Assembly (NCBI GenBank): GCA_030704615.1
Contig: CM060731.1
Location: 6,572,001 to 6,636,000 of the forward strand
Source: Takakia lepidozioides
Taxonomy: Eukaryota > Plantae > Bryophyta
Length of the DNA: 64,000 bases
Direction: 5' to 3'
This document shows positions 1-11,126 of this stretch, one piece after another. How positions within the stretch are numbered: position 1 is the first letter of the stretch; each line of letters opens with the position of its first letter. Below the pieces are notes generated by a model, which worked only from the letters and a program-made list of their open reading frames with translations, searched no databases and was not told the origin of the DNA. Made by a program: the position numbers and the translations under genes.

Positions 1-154
1 TTGCCTGTTGAGGGTCATCATGGTGAGGTTGCTGCTCTTCCTCCTGATCTTCAACAGTGTGATGTCTCACGAACCATTCAGGCCATTGTCCCACCGGATT
101 TTCTTCCTGAACTACTTCATCTATCACCGGTGCTACAGTGTCATGACCTTCCGC

Positions 155-826
155 CTATGGTACCTCCGACACAGGTGTGTGTATTATTTGCACCTTAGGA
201 TTTCCCTTGGGCAACTGTTGCACCTCTGGGATCTTTGTTTCCTTGACCAGACCAGAATATTCATAGAGAAGGTCCCCCTTCTCCATTTCTGCCACTATCT
301 GTTCTGTAGTTGGAATATCTAACCCTTCTTTTTCCAAATCAATTATTTCTGGTTGAGCTGCATGGATAACTCGTGACCTTGTGACAAGTCGATCAGCTGG
401 CTGTGGTGGTTGTGATACATAAGTAACTTCCTCCTCCCTCTCTGAAGGTCCTGCTTCCAGTAATAGCATTTCTCTGTGCTGCTGTGCCCCTTCCTGACCA
501 TGAGCTTGGGAAACATTATCATGCGGAGTCCGTGAAGCCAGTGGATCCGCCACTACAGTCTTTCCCCGTCTCTGCCTCTTAGTCTCGGGTTGCCCTGCTA
601 GTCCACCCTCACTGTGTGAAGAGCCTTGCTCTTCCATTGCAGTTGTTTCTGGCTCAAACACTCCCATTTCCTTCCTTTCTTGTGCATCAAGTATGCCAGA
701 ATCAAGGATTATTTGAGCAATGATTGGGCCAGACACTATGATAGGAGACTTTGCGGTAGTACCTTGTAATCTTTTCATCTCCTCTACCAGCGCGTTGTAC
801 ATTATGTCCGCCCATTGTACCTCTTG
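155..826 (-). CDS. Fragment of an unknown ORF, possibly a retrotransposon accessory ORF; its 5' part is lost in the gap
   Basis: About 220 open codons (QEVQWADIMYNALVEEMKRL...) running out of the N gap. No recognisable domain. Confidence 0.3.
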   Translation of the reverse strand, partial: QEVQWADIMYNALVEEMKRLQGTTAKSPIIVSGPIIAQIILDSGILDAQERKEMGVFEPETTAMEEQGSSHSEGGLAGQPETKRQRRGKTVVADPLASRTPHDNVSQAHGQEGAQQHREMLLLEAGPSEREEEVTYVSQPPQPADRLVTRSRVIHAAQPEIIDLEKEGLDIPTTEQIVAEMEKGDLLYEYSGLVKETKIPEVQQLPKGNPKVQIIHTPVSEVP

Positions 827-1326
827 NNNNNNNNNNNNNNNNNNNNNNNNNNNNNNNNNNNNNNNNNNNNNNNNNNNNNNNNNNNNNNNNNNNNNNNNNN
901 NNNNNNNNNNNNNNNNNNNNNNNNNNNNNNNNNNNNNNNNNNNNNNNNNNNNNNNNNNNNNNNNNNNNNNNNNNNNNNNNNNNNNNNNNNNNNNNNNNNN
1001 NNNNNNNNNNNNNNNNNNNNNNNNNNNNNNNNNNNNNNNNNNNNNNNNNNNNNNNNNNNNNNNNNNNNNNNNNNNNNNNNNNNNNNNNNNNNNNNNNNNN
1101 NNNNNNNNNNNNNNNNNNNNNNNNNNNNNNNNNNNNNNNNNNNNNNNNNNNNNNNNNNNNNNNNNNNNNNNNNNNNNNNNNNNNNNNNNNNNNNNNNNNN
1201 NNNNNNNNNNNNNNNNNNNNNNNNNNNNNNNNNNNNNNNNNNNNNNNNNNNNNNNNNNNNNNNNNNNNNNNNNNNNNNNNNNNNNNNNNNNNNNNNNNNN
1301 NNNNNNNNNNNNNNNNNNNNNNNNNN
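827..1326. other. Assembly gap (500 N)
   Basis: Run of N. Confidence 0.99.
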
Positions 1327-2146
1327 CCGTCACAGTCGTCACAGCCCACACAGCCCGTCACAGTCGTCACAGCCCACACAGCCCACACAGCCGTCACAGC
1401 CCACACAGCCCGTCACAGTCGTCACAGCCCACACAGCCCACACAGCCAGTCACAGCCCGGCACAGCCACACAGCCAGTCACAGCCCGACACAGCCAAACA
1501 CAGCCAGTCACCGCTTGACACAGCTGTCACGATAATAGGGAACGAAGAGTAGGACAGGGAACGACTGTGGGGAACAACACCTGTGAAGGGAACATGTTAG
1601 TTCACATACGACGGTTAGAGAGGGAAACGGTTAGAACCGCGGATAGGAGGATAAAGGGAAAAACGGGGAATGGAGAGGGGGATCATTATTCGGGGAGGAC
1701 TTCGGAGTCAGGCGGGAGCGGAGATCGGAGAGCACGATGAAGGAGAAAAGAGGATTAGTAGATGCTTGTTATATGCAAAGCTATAGTGATATAGGAAAGA
1801 AGAATAGAGACATAATGGCTTCGGCCTGATACCTGATAAATCATAATCTGATACTTATACGATACAATCACACTGTGTAGAGAGATCTGACTGAAGCTGT
1901 GGATTGAATGGAGGAGTTAAGGAAACCGATAAATTGATGAAGCAAACTGATACTTAATTATCAATGGTAAGGTAGCTAAGATGAATGCGGAAAAGGAAAC
2001 AAATAGGAAACACCCCCATGATACACTAGCTGTAGGTCATGACTGATTGTTCTGCGCGGGCTGAGTACTTAGAGATTTCCAACTCTTCTATCTTGGAGTT
2101 TCCGCCTCGGATAGCGAAGGGATGGGTGAGTAAAAGCCGCGCGACA
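1327..2146 (+). repeat. LTR, family C, 5'-truncated by the gap
   Basis: Near-identical to the corresponding part of 2153-3098. Ends ...AAAAGCCGCGCGACA and contains a CACAGCC microsatellite-like tract. Confidence 0.85.
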
Positions 2147-2152
2147 TTTTAA

Positions 2153-3098
2153 TGTTAGAGGACTGTAGGGGACTTAGACACTTATACGGGATCTGTAGGG
2201 TACCCTTAATTTTTGCACAGACTGAGACAAACAGGAACCTTAGGGGTGACAGCAGCGCACTGTAGAGGGGGGTTACATAGCCCACACAGCCGACACAACA
2301 GTCACAGCCCACACAGCCAACACAGCCGTCACAGTCGTTACAGCCCACACAGCCCGTCACAGTCGTCACAGTCGTCACAGCCCACACAGCCCACACAGCC
2401 GCCACAGCCCACACAGCCCACACAGCCAGTCACAGCCCGACACAGCCAAACACAGCCAGTCACCGCTTGACACAGCTGTCACGATAATATGGAACGAAGA
2501 GTAGGACAGGGAACGACTGTGGGGAACAACACCTGTGAAGGGAACATGTTAGTTCACATACGACGGTTAGAGAGGGAAACGGTTAGAACCGCGGATAGGA
2601 GGATAAAGGGAAAAACGGGGAATGGAGAGGGGGATCATTATTCGGGGAGGACTTCGGAGTCAGGCGGGAGCGGAGATCGGAGAGCACGATGAAGGAGAAA
2701 AGAGGATTAGTAGATGCTTGTTATATGCAAAGCTATAGTGATATAGGAAAGAAGAATAGAGACATAATGGCTTCGGCCTGATACCTGATAAATCATAATC
2801 TGATACTTATACGATACAATCACACTGTGTAGAGAGATCTGAGTGAAGCTGTGGATTGAATGGAGGAGTTAAGGAAACCGATAAATTGATGAAGCAAACT
2901 GATACTTAATTATCAATGGTAAGGTAGCTAAGATGAATGCGGAAAAGGAAACAAATAGGAAACACCCCCATGATACACTAGCTGTAGGTCATGACTGATT
3001 GTTCTGCGCGGGCTGAGTACTTAGAGATTTCCGACTCTTCTATCTTGGAGTTTCCGCCTCGGATAGCGAAGGGATGGGTGAGTAAAAGCCGCGCGACA
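2153..3098 (+). repeat. LTR, family C (946 bp, TG...CA)
   Basis: Starts TGTTAGAG and ends GCGCGACA. Homologous to 45127-46062, which follows a PPT and so fixes the orientation as +. It truncates the gag-PR ORF to its right. Confidence 0.85.
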
Positions 3099-5697
3099 GT
3101 CCTTCCTCTTGTGTGACAACCTGATTCCAATCATGGAAGTCATCCTCTATTTCTAGGTTGTTGTTCCCTAGTTCACCATTCCAAGCTTTCTGGTAAGCTT
3201 CCTGTATTATGGCAGCAGCCATGCTCTTATGGGTCTCTTCCTGAAGGAGTTCAGACATCCCTTGGTCCTCGAACAAGTCCTCCCCTAGGTTGACATCGTC
3301 TATTATTTCCTCAACATCCCTCAGTGCTGTTTCTACCTCCTTACTCTCCTCAGAGCCTCCCATCTCCTCATCTTTATCAGATTTAGAGGTGTCAGAACCT
3401 GAGGATGCTTCCTCCGTGTCCTCATATTCTTCCTCTGGTTTTCTTTTCTTCTCCCACAAGCCTAGGTACTGTTCATCTGACGTCAGGGTTAAGACATTAC
3501 CTGCTGACGTACTGCTTGCATATCTCATTCTACTCTCAACCCCTCTATGGTAGGCTGTTTTGGTAACTGCAGGCTCATTATAATTGATGGTGTGCAAAGG
3601 GAAGTGAGCAAAATCCTTTCCTGGCCCATAGCGTACGCGAATTGTTTCAGCTTCGGTGTCCACTACAACGCCAAACTTTTTGAGAAAGTCTAATCCCAGC
3701 AGCATGTGATATGTATCCGTGTTCACCACCATAAAGGACAAACGATTGGTCAGTTCTCCTACTTTGACCTTGATGTCCTCAAGTCTGCCCATTGCAGTCT
3801 CAAGAGCACCTGAGGCTACTCTGTAATTCACATCCTTACTAGTAATGACAGATCCCATCAAACCAAGATCCCTGACTGTACTAGCTGATATTACAGAAAG
3901 CATGGCACCAGTGTCAATCTGGCCTAATACTTGGTAATCTCCCATTGTAATCATTACATGAAGCGCTTTAACCTTACCAGTATAAGCATACGAGATCGTG
4001 GGCTCAGCGTGTGCTGAGTACAAAGGCCTTGGTACATCCTTCACAACTTCTACACTGTGAGTTGTCTCCCTTTGTTGGACCATTGCTCTTTCCACCACTT
4101 TGACCAGCCCTTTCAATTTGTCTAGCTCTCCGGGCACAGTCATGATCAGGTCCATGGGCGACAACGATATTCTCCCTTTGTAGAAGTGGTTCAAGATTCT
4201 GGATTTCGTACCTCCTTCTATAGCATTCTTGAAATTGTTCTTTGGGTAGATTTCACTCTTGGTCTTGCTTGGCTGTTCACTGCTCTCACTATTCCTTTCT
4301 GGTGACCCTATAGGTTCAACAATCGGACTCTGGATAGGTATGCGTGTCCTTGGAAGTCTGACTTCATTGATACTATTTCGTGACATCAGATCTGTCATCT
4401 CTGCGAGTACATCATCCTCATCATCATAGAACACATCTACAAAGTTAGTTCCCGGAGTTCCCATCATAGTTTGGTCGAGTTTTCTACTGCACTCACTCTC
4501 CGTATGCCCGAGTAGCTTGCAAAAGTTGCATCTCACACCACACATTTCCGTGGAATGCCCGAACCGGTGACATTTGTCACACTTAGCTGGGGTTCTTCCT
4601 TCAGGACAATATGCAGCTATGTGACCTTCTTTGTGACAAACATTACAAAGGCAAACACGAGGTGGTGTTCTAGATCCCGAGCTTTCTCCTATGACTGGTC
4701 CCCTATCAAAGTACTTCTGTAGGGTAGTGTTCAGCTGATCAAGTCTTCTGTCCACAGGGTTAACAAACACAACTGACTCATCTGTATCATCTCCTTCCAA
4801 TGGCTCTAGAGGTATTTCCCCTAACTTTCCCAGGCCCCTTTCAATCTCAATGGCTGTGTCAAGTGCTTCCTCTACATCAAGGAAGCGCCTGCCCAGCATT
4901 ACTCTTGCTATTTCTGGTCTCAAACCTGCTGCAAATCTACGCCTCTGTTCCAAATCAGACGCCCCACTTCTTATAAATAACCGGTTCAACCTATCGAAGT
5001 ATGTTTGAACCCTTTGTCTACTCTCCTGTTTAATGGTATCCATTCTTAGCCTAATTTCTGCCAAGTCAACGATACCAAACTTGGCTGAAATTGCTGCCCT
5101 GAAGTCCACCCAGTTGTTTGGTCTAGGGTTTTGTTTACGGTACCATTCATCAGCCTTGGCTCTCAGGTTGAGCCTTGCTACCTTGAAAGTTTTGTCCTCA
5201 TTCAAATCCCTGACATCTGCCTCCATCTGAATTCTCTCCAGCCAGTCATTTACATCCTCACTATTCCTACCATGATAAGGCGCATCTATGCTGGTTGGAC
5301 TGGTCATCCTTCTATTCTCTAGTCAAAGTTCAAACTGTTTCAACACCTAATTCTGACTCTAATTTTCCCGCAACTCCCTTAATGTTGACCTCTATACCAC
5401 TCCCACTGTCCATTTCGCAACATCTCTACTCTACCTCCCCATGTCACCTGCCATGGTATTTATCTTCACCCACCTTCCTAACTCTCTTATCCAAAGTGCT
5501 ATGGTTGTTCTTCCACCAGTATGTATCACTCTAAGACATAAATCACCATTCGCTATTCTCCAAGCAGGGTTGAAGAAGTACAAACAAGGGTCTGCGTGTG
5601 CATTTGGTGTGCGTCTGCTGAAGCAAATCAGCACATCTCCAATGCTTGGTTCATCAGGAATCAGTGTGTGGTCTCTTCCTGCCATCAAACCATCCAA
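3099..5697 (-). pseudogene. Ty3/gypsy gag-protease (element A), truncated by the family C LTR insertion
   Basis: Gag-like region (YHGRNSEDVNDWLERI..., KQESRQRVQTYFDRL), three CCHC knuckles and an aspartic protease motif (IDTGAMLSVIS...LLGLDFL). The ORF reads into the LTR at 3098. A short upstream ORF at 5431-5697 is probably the frameshifted N-terminus. Confidence 0.85.
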
Positions 5698-5742
5698 TAC
5701 CAGTCAAGATCCCTAACTAGTAGAAATCAAGATTTAACATCA

Positions 5743-5754
5743 GCTCTGATACCA
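5743..5754 (-). promoter_or_regulatory. Primer-binding site (tRNA-iMet) of element A
   Basis: TGGTATCAGAGC on the minus strand, just upstream of gag. Confidence 0.8.
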
Positions 5755-7347
5755 AAAGAAGGGGCGTGAATCCCCTTCTGTATAATTCTAATTGTGCTCC
5801 CCTCCATTCTAAGTGGAGCAAAAGAAAGAAACGTTCTTCTAGTCTGTCCAACTGTCGTCACTTGGCTGTGGGTTTCCCTCAGCTCCTTCGTGATCAGAGT
5901 TCAAGCAATCCTCATCCACGCCGCAGCGGAAGAGAAGACATGGATGGGGAGTCAATTTGTTGTTCACTCTTGGTTCTATCTTTTACACAACATCCCCTAC
6001 CTGCAGGTACAGCACCAGCTATGCTGGTGCGATGTATTCAGTGATGCAATCAGCCCTATGTCAGTGATGAAACCCTGCCCTTGTGGGCAGTTCCCTTGGT
6101 CAGCAACACGTCGGAAGCCCCCTTTTGTAATGAGATCACGGTCTAGGTGGATGGCAGCTCAGATCTGCCATGAACTGCAGGCCCACTAGTTTGATCATTC
6201 AGGGTTCATGTCTTCTTGACCTTGGCTCTCCATTTGTCCATCCCTCATCAACCCTTTTCTCCCTTCTTCACTTTTTCTTTCTCTCACACTCTTTTTCTTT
6301 CATGTGTGGATTCCTCACTTTTCTCCACAACAGCATGGCTACGATGCAATGCAATGCACATCCAGCCAGGCATCCAGTGCATCCATCATTGAAGTCAACC
6401 TTGGTCACACAAGAGATAATCTGCCCCTCTGTCAGTCTTTTTCTCTCTCTCTTTCCAGTGACTGGTCCTTGCACTACCTATCCCCAAGTGTATCCTGTTT
6501 GGTCAAGGTGCTTCACAACCCTTCTACAGATCTCAAATCACACACCCTGACAGCTCTCCTTTTCTCCTCAACTTCGAACATCAGTCATTCACATGTTGAG
6601 AACACTTCCAGAAATCAGATCCAAACCCCAAAACAGTATTGACTTTTCTTCCCCATCCACGTCATCCCTTCTCAGCTCTTCAAATCAGTTTCTGAATGAC
6701 CATCCTTGTTTTCCTCATTCCACTAAGCTAGTTCTACACTGGCTCCACTGTTTTAACATCCAAGGCTGCATTGTTTTGCTGGCTGAAAACACTGAAAACA
6801 AAGAAAAGGAACACAAGAACAGCAACCATTCTGACCCTGAGGTGAGATATCCCTGTCCCCTCTCATTTTCCTAATAATAGTGTAACAACAGGTGCATCCA
6901 TCTCCACCCTATCCTGGTTTGAATTCCAGTGTCTTCATTCCATTTTTCAAAGGCCTTTTCTACTCCTCACATTTCTGTCCCCTTCAGTAGATACAAGAGA
7001 CAGTTCCAAGAACTTCACAAAGTCATTCCTAAGTGCCAAAAAGGAAGCCAACACTCTTCGAACTTATCTGTCTTATACTCATTGAAGCGGTGGGTCTGCC
7101 TGTCAAGAAGGCACCTTGTCATCTCCCTCGTCAGCCATTTCCGACGTTTCTTCTTATCGTGATTCCAGTCCTCATTAAGGCATGATGGCTCTGCTTCAGC
7201 TGCTGGCACATCCTTGTGCCTGCCAACCTCTACCCTATCCTTCTACATGTGCATTTCTTCCCTATGAAGTGATCTGGTCCTACAGCCCTTAAGACAGAGA
7301 GCAGATACAAAACTTAATTATAGATAGCTTAAGCGCCATACACACCA

Positions 7348-7880
7348 GAAGGCGGCACCGCTTCCTCTTGCACAGAAAGCCAAGCAGGAGCTCTTAACGT
7401 TTCTCTTTAAAGCAAGCTGATACCCTTTGCGTAGGTGGAACTTTCTCAGATATCCTGTGCTGCCAACACCACTGCAGCAGCTGCGAAAAGATGCTTACTC
7501 TCTTCCCTTACAAAGTGATCTGGTCCTAAAGCTCTCAAACAGACAACAACTACAAGATTTGATCACAGACAACCTGAGGCGCTATACACACCAGCCTGCA
7601 CTTCTCATCCCCCAACACCTGCTGAGCCGCTCCATCTCCTCATTAATGTGCTCATCAAGACAATGGCGACAGCAGTGGTGCACCGCCCTTATCACAAACC
7701 TGATCCCTCAGGTTTGATAATTGCTTACGAAGAAGGCGGCACCGCTTCTTCTTGCACAGAAAGCCAAGCAGGAGCTCTTAACGTTTCTCCTTAAAGCAAG
7801 CTGATACCCTTTGCGTAGGTGGAACTTTCTCAGATATCCTGTGTTGCCAACACCACTGCAGCAGCTGCGAAAAGATGCAC
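7348..7880. repeat. Direct repeat of ~150 bp (7348-7495 and 7733-7880)
   Basis: GAAGGCGGCACCGCTTC...CTGCGAAAAGATGC occurs twice. Confidence 0.8.
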
Positions 7881-8149
7881 GCACTCTTCCCCTTCGAATT
7901 TCACATCCTGCTTCTAGGGTTCAACATCATGGATGAAAATCATTCATCCTAGGGATGAAAAAGGTGCATGTCATAACTTAGCCATATTTTGTTCTTGGCA
8001 GATCAATAGCATAGTTTTTTCCATGGAATTACCTCAAGTTATGGACAATTCCTCCCCTTCATTAGCACAAAGGGCACTCCCTTTGTAGTAGTGCCGAAAC
8101 CTGATGCCAAACAAAAACTTGAATTTTTACCCCCTGCATTCACACTACA

Positions 8150-9066
8150 TTCCATTTCCAGCAAAATATCGTCTCGTGTCCATGCATCCCCCAACCCGGT
8201 GTTGTTCATGACATGCTCTTTATGTTCCATCATGATTTGGGCGACTGACAGGCCTCGGCACAGACACTCCATGACCCATGCTTTCAATTCCTCGCTAATG
8301 TGTTGTGCATAGGCGTGGCGAGTGTTCCTGAACTCAACGGACTTCCCATGACAGGCGTTCCCTTTCGCGTCTGTATGCTCCATATTGTTGTAGTACGTGA
8401 GGACACAAATGTCGGGGGCGAGATAGCATTGCTGGACTTTGAAACAACACTGGCAACCACGTTTGTAAGACTCTCCATATTCCGACTTCTTTCTCCTTGG
8501 GCCTTTATGAAGGTGAGATGTTCCAACACCCACAAGAGGTCCTCCACGTTTCAGTTTGGGATCCTCCACTATCGCATTGTTGGTGCGCTTGTCATCTGGA
8601 CCGTAGCAGCATTGATACCTGGACATAAAAATCACAATGGATATCCATCAACTTCTGGAAGCATGAAATCACAGAATGTGGGTACGAAAAATGACAACAG
8701 ACATGCAATCAGACTACAAAAGGACGATGAGGATGGTGCACACATGATACTGTTCAGAGAACTGTTGGCTCTCGGCTCTTTTAGCATGCCGGGTTGCACT
8801 TTAGTATGGACATTCACCCAAAACTGAGTGGGGTAGTCCACCAAACTCTCCTCTCCAAGGAGAAAGTCATCAACTCTATCCCACGGTATGCAAGCCTTCA
8901 GAACATTCTGTCTGGCACCCATATAACCATATTGCATGTCTCTCTTCCATTGGAGGTCCTTCGTGTTGAAGGGTCCTGGTTTGGGTGTTTGCAAACTTTG
9001 TCGAAGAGGCCGTATAATCCATCATCTTGTTTTTAGTATATCAACACCTTCTGCTTCCACGTCCAT
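8150..9066 (-). pseudogene. N-terminal fragment of a plant SWIM-zinc-finger/MULE-related protein (At4g13970/At1g60560-like family), two exons, truncated
   Basis: IPWDRVDDFLLGEE, YQCCYGPDD, KRGCQCCFKV, HTDAKGNACHG, AQHISEELKAWV and TRDDILL match my recollection of that family's N-terminus. Probable intron at ~8620-8745. Confidence 0.65.
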
Positions 9067-9873
9067 GCCCTGTACAGTACAGAGGACACGCTTCAGAACC
9101 TGCAAGAAACGCGCCGCAATACACTGGACACGATGGACAACGTGCAAGGAGCATCAGTGCGCACGTTCGTGGCTGCTGCCAAGTGGCAGGCGGTAGGGAT
9201 AAGGTTTGAATTCATGCCCTAAAAATGGAGGGCTTAGATGGCATCTACGAATGGACGGTCCAGATGCGGCATCATCAGTGGACTGGAGGAAAGCGGACTC
9301 ATGGGCGGCGGACTGGCGGGCAGACTATTGGGTGGACTGGCCGGGACTGGCACAGCGGACAGGCATGGATGGCGCGGATGGGTTTCTCAGAATGGATGAT
9401 CCAGATCCTTCGGCCGGCGCGGACTAGCAGACTGGCAGACTGGGGGGCAACAGATGGGCACAACGGACTGTTGGGTGGACTTGCGGGGACTGGCACAGCG
9501 GACTAGCGTGTACAACAGACTGGCAGCTTGGCGGACTGAGGGGAACTGGACTCACGGGCAGCAGACTGGCGGGTTATACCTGTTCTCCACTTCCCGCTAG
9601 ACTTCTTTCGCATTGTTTCGTTTAGGGCCCGTCCACCTCCTATTTGTGCGAGCCCGCTTTCCTTTGTGCGTGTTAGCTTTTCGAGGCGCGGCCAGTCGCG
9701 TGAGCACCGAATCATCGCAACAACCGTCGCCTCCACAACACGCCCGGTGAGCTTTCCTCTTTGTGCTTTGTGCTTTCATTTCTTTCCATTCTCTTTTCCG
9801 CTCTTCTCTGCTTTCTTATTCTTAGTCTGTCTGTCGCTCATTGCCGCTGCTTCTCTTGTCTGATTCTGCAGCC

Positions 9874-10975
9874 ATGGAGGATGCTTGTGCAAAGGGTGGA
9901 GCAGATTGGTTGCATTTCATGCACAGGTCCAGGCTAAAGGAGCAAAGGTACTGGTACTCACCTGAGGAGTATGATGCGAAAATAGTCGAAGCATTCTTAG
10001 ACCTCCGTGCAATCAAGCCTGCAGACTCCAACTGACAGAAAGATAAGCTTCACTGTCCCTTATGTAGTGAAATTATCAAGGACAAAGTGCAGCTAAACTG
10101 CCATTGTGTTGACACGGGTTGCACAAACAAGCGCTATATCCCACTTGGCTTCAAGCCATGGCCAGTTCAAAGTTCAATGAGGGTGGTGAATGCGGCCACC
10201 GCCAGACTCCGTTGCGCAAACCCGAAGGCCCGCACTTTGGCGGAGGTGCGCGCACGGTATGGGGTGGGTTCTACTGTTTCAATGCAAGATGTGCATGACC
10301 TGACATCATCATCGCCTGTGGCTCCCAGAAAAAGGAAACTTAGTGATGGGGCCCAGAAGAAGAAAGAGGAAAGGCTGCAAGGTCAGCTCGGGAGGCGAGG
10401 CAAAATCTCAACAGCAGACTCGTCCCCAAGGCAGTTGGGAAGTGTCACGGGCTGTGTCAGGGAGATGGTCTACGCAGCAGACGCAGACCATCAGTACCTC
10501 GAGTGAGAGCCAATCTACTGAGCCATCTGCAGACATCATTCGGAATGATGAATTTGCAGGTCTGGGAGGTGTCTCGTCTCCCGTCGACATTGTCTTGCCT
10601 GACCAGTCGAGGGTTCACGTGGACAAAGTCTAGTCAAAAGAGACTACCAGTGGAGTCTGTCCTGGCACATTGCGCCTGATACCATTTGGGATTCTCCCAT
10701 CGGTGTGCCCACCAGTGGACGATCCAGACTTCTTCCGGTTTTTGTACAGTTTTGCCCAGTCCGGACAGCTCAGCAGAACCATCCGAGCAGCGGAGGAAAA
10801 TTGGTTGAGCTCCCTTGAAGATGAGGAGGACGTCTGTGTCGACGAGGAGGAGGAGGTAATGCCCAGTCTGTCCCCACAGTTGGTAGTCTACCTGCTCAGT
10901 CTGCTGCGTCAGTCTGCTTGTGGACTTGCTGGTCAGTCCCATGAGTTTGCTCGTCTTGCTTCTAGAGTCCAGTAG
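9874..10975 (+). pseudogene. Degenerate unknown ORF with Cys clusters, divergent from the SWIM/MULE-like gene
   Basis: Consecutive ORF pieces joined across an in-frame stop (HCPLCSEII...NCHCVDTGC), followed by basic and acidic stretches. Confidence 0.3.
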
Positions 10976-11126
10976 TACAGTCCCCTCCTGCAGTCCACTG
11001 TGCGCAGGTGTCTGTTCAGCAGACTGACGAAGTGATGCGGTCCTGCTTTGCAACACGGCTGTGTCTGCAAGCTTGTTCACACTTGCAGGACCTGTATTGG
11101 CAGCCTCACGGGTCGCATGCGTTGAA

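Noticed and set aside
702-1552. Long ORFs spanning N runs (also 44187-45000)
   Set aside because: They are open only because of the gaps and the CACAGCC repeats.
8082-8093. Possible CACTA terminus (CACTACTACAAA on the minus strand)
   Set aside because: No partner TIR, 3-bp TSD or CACTA transposase was found in the window.
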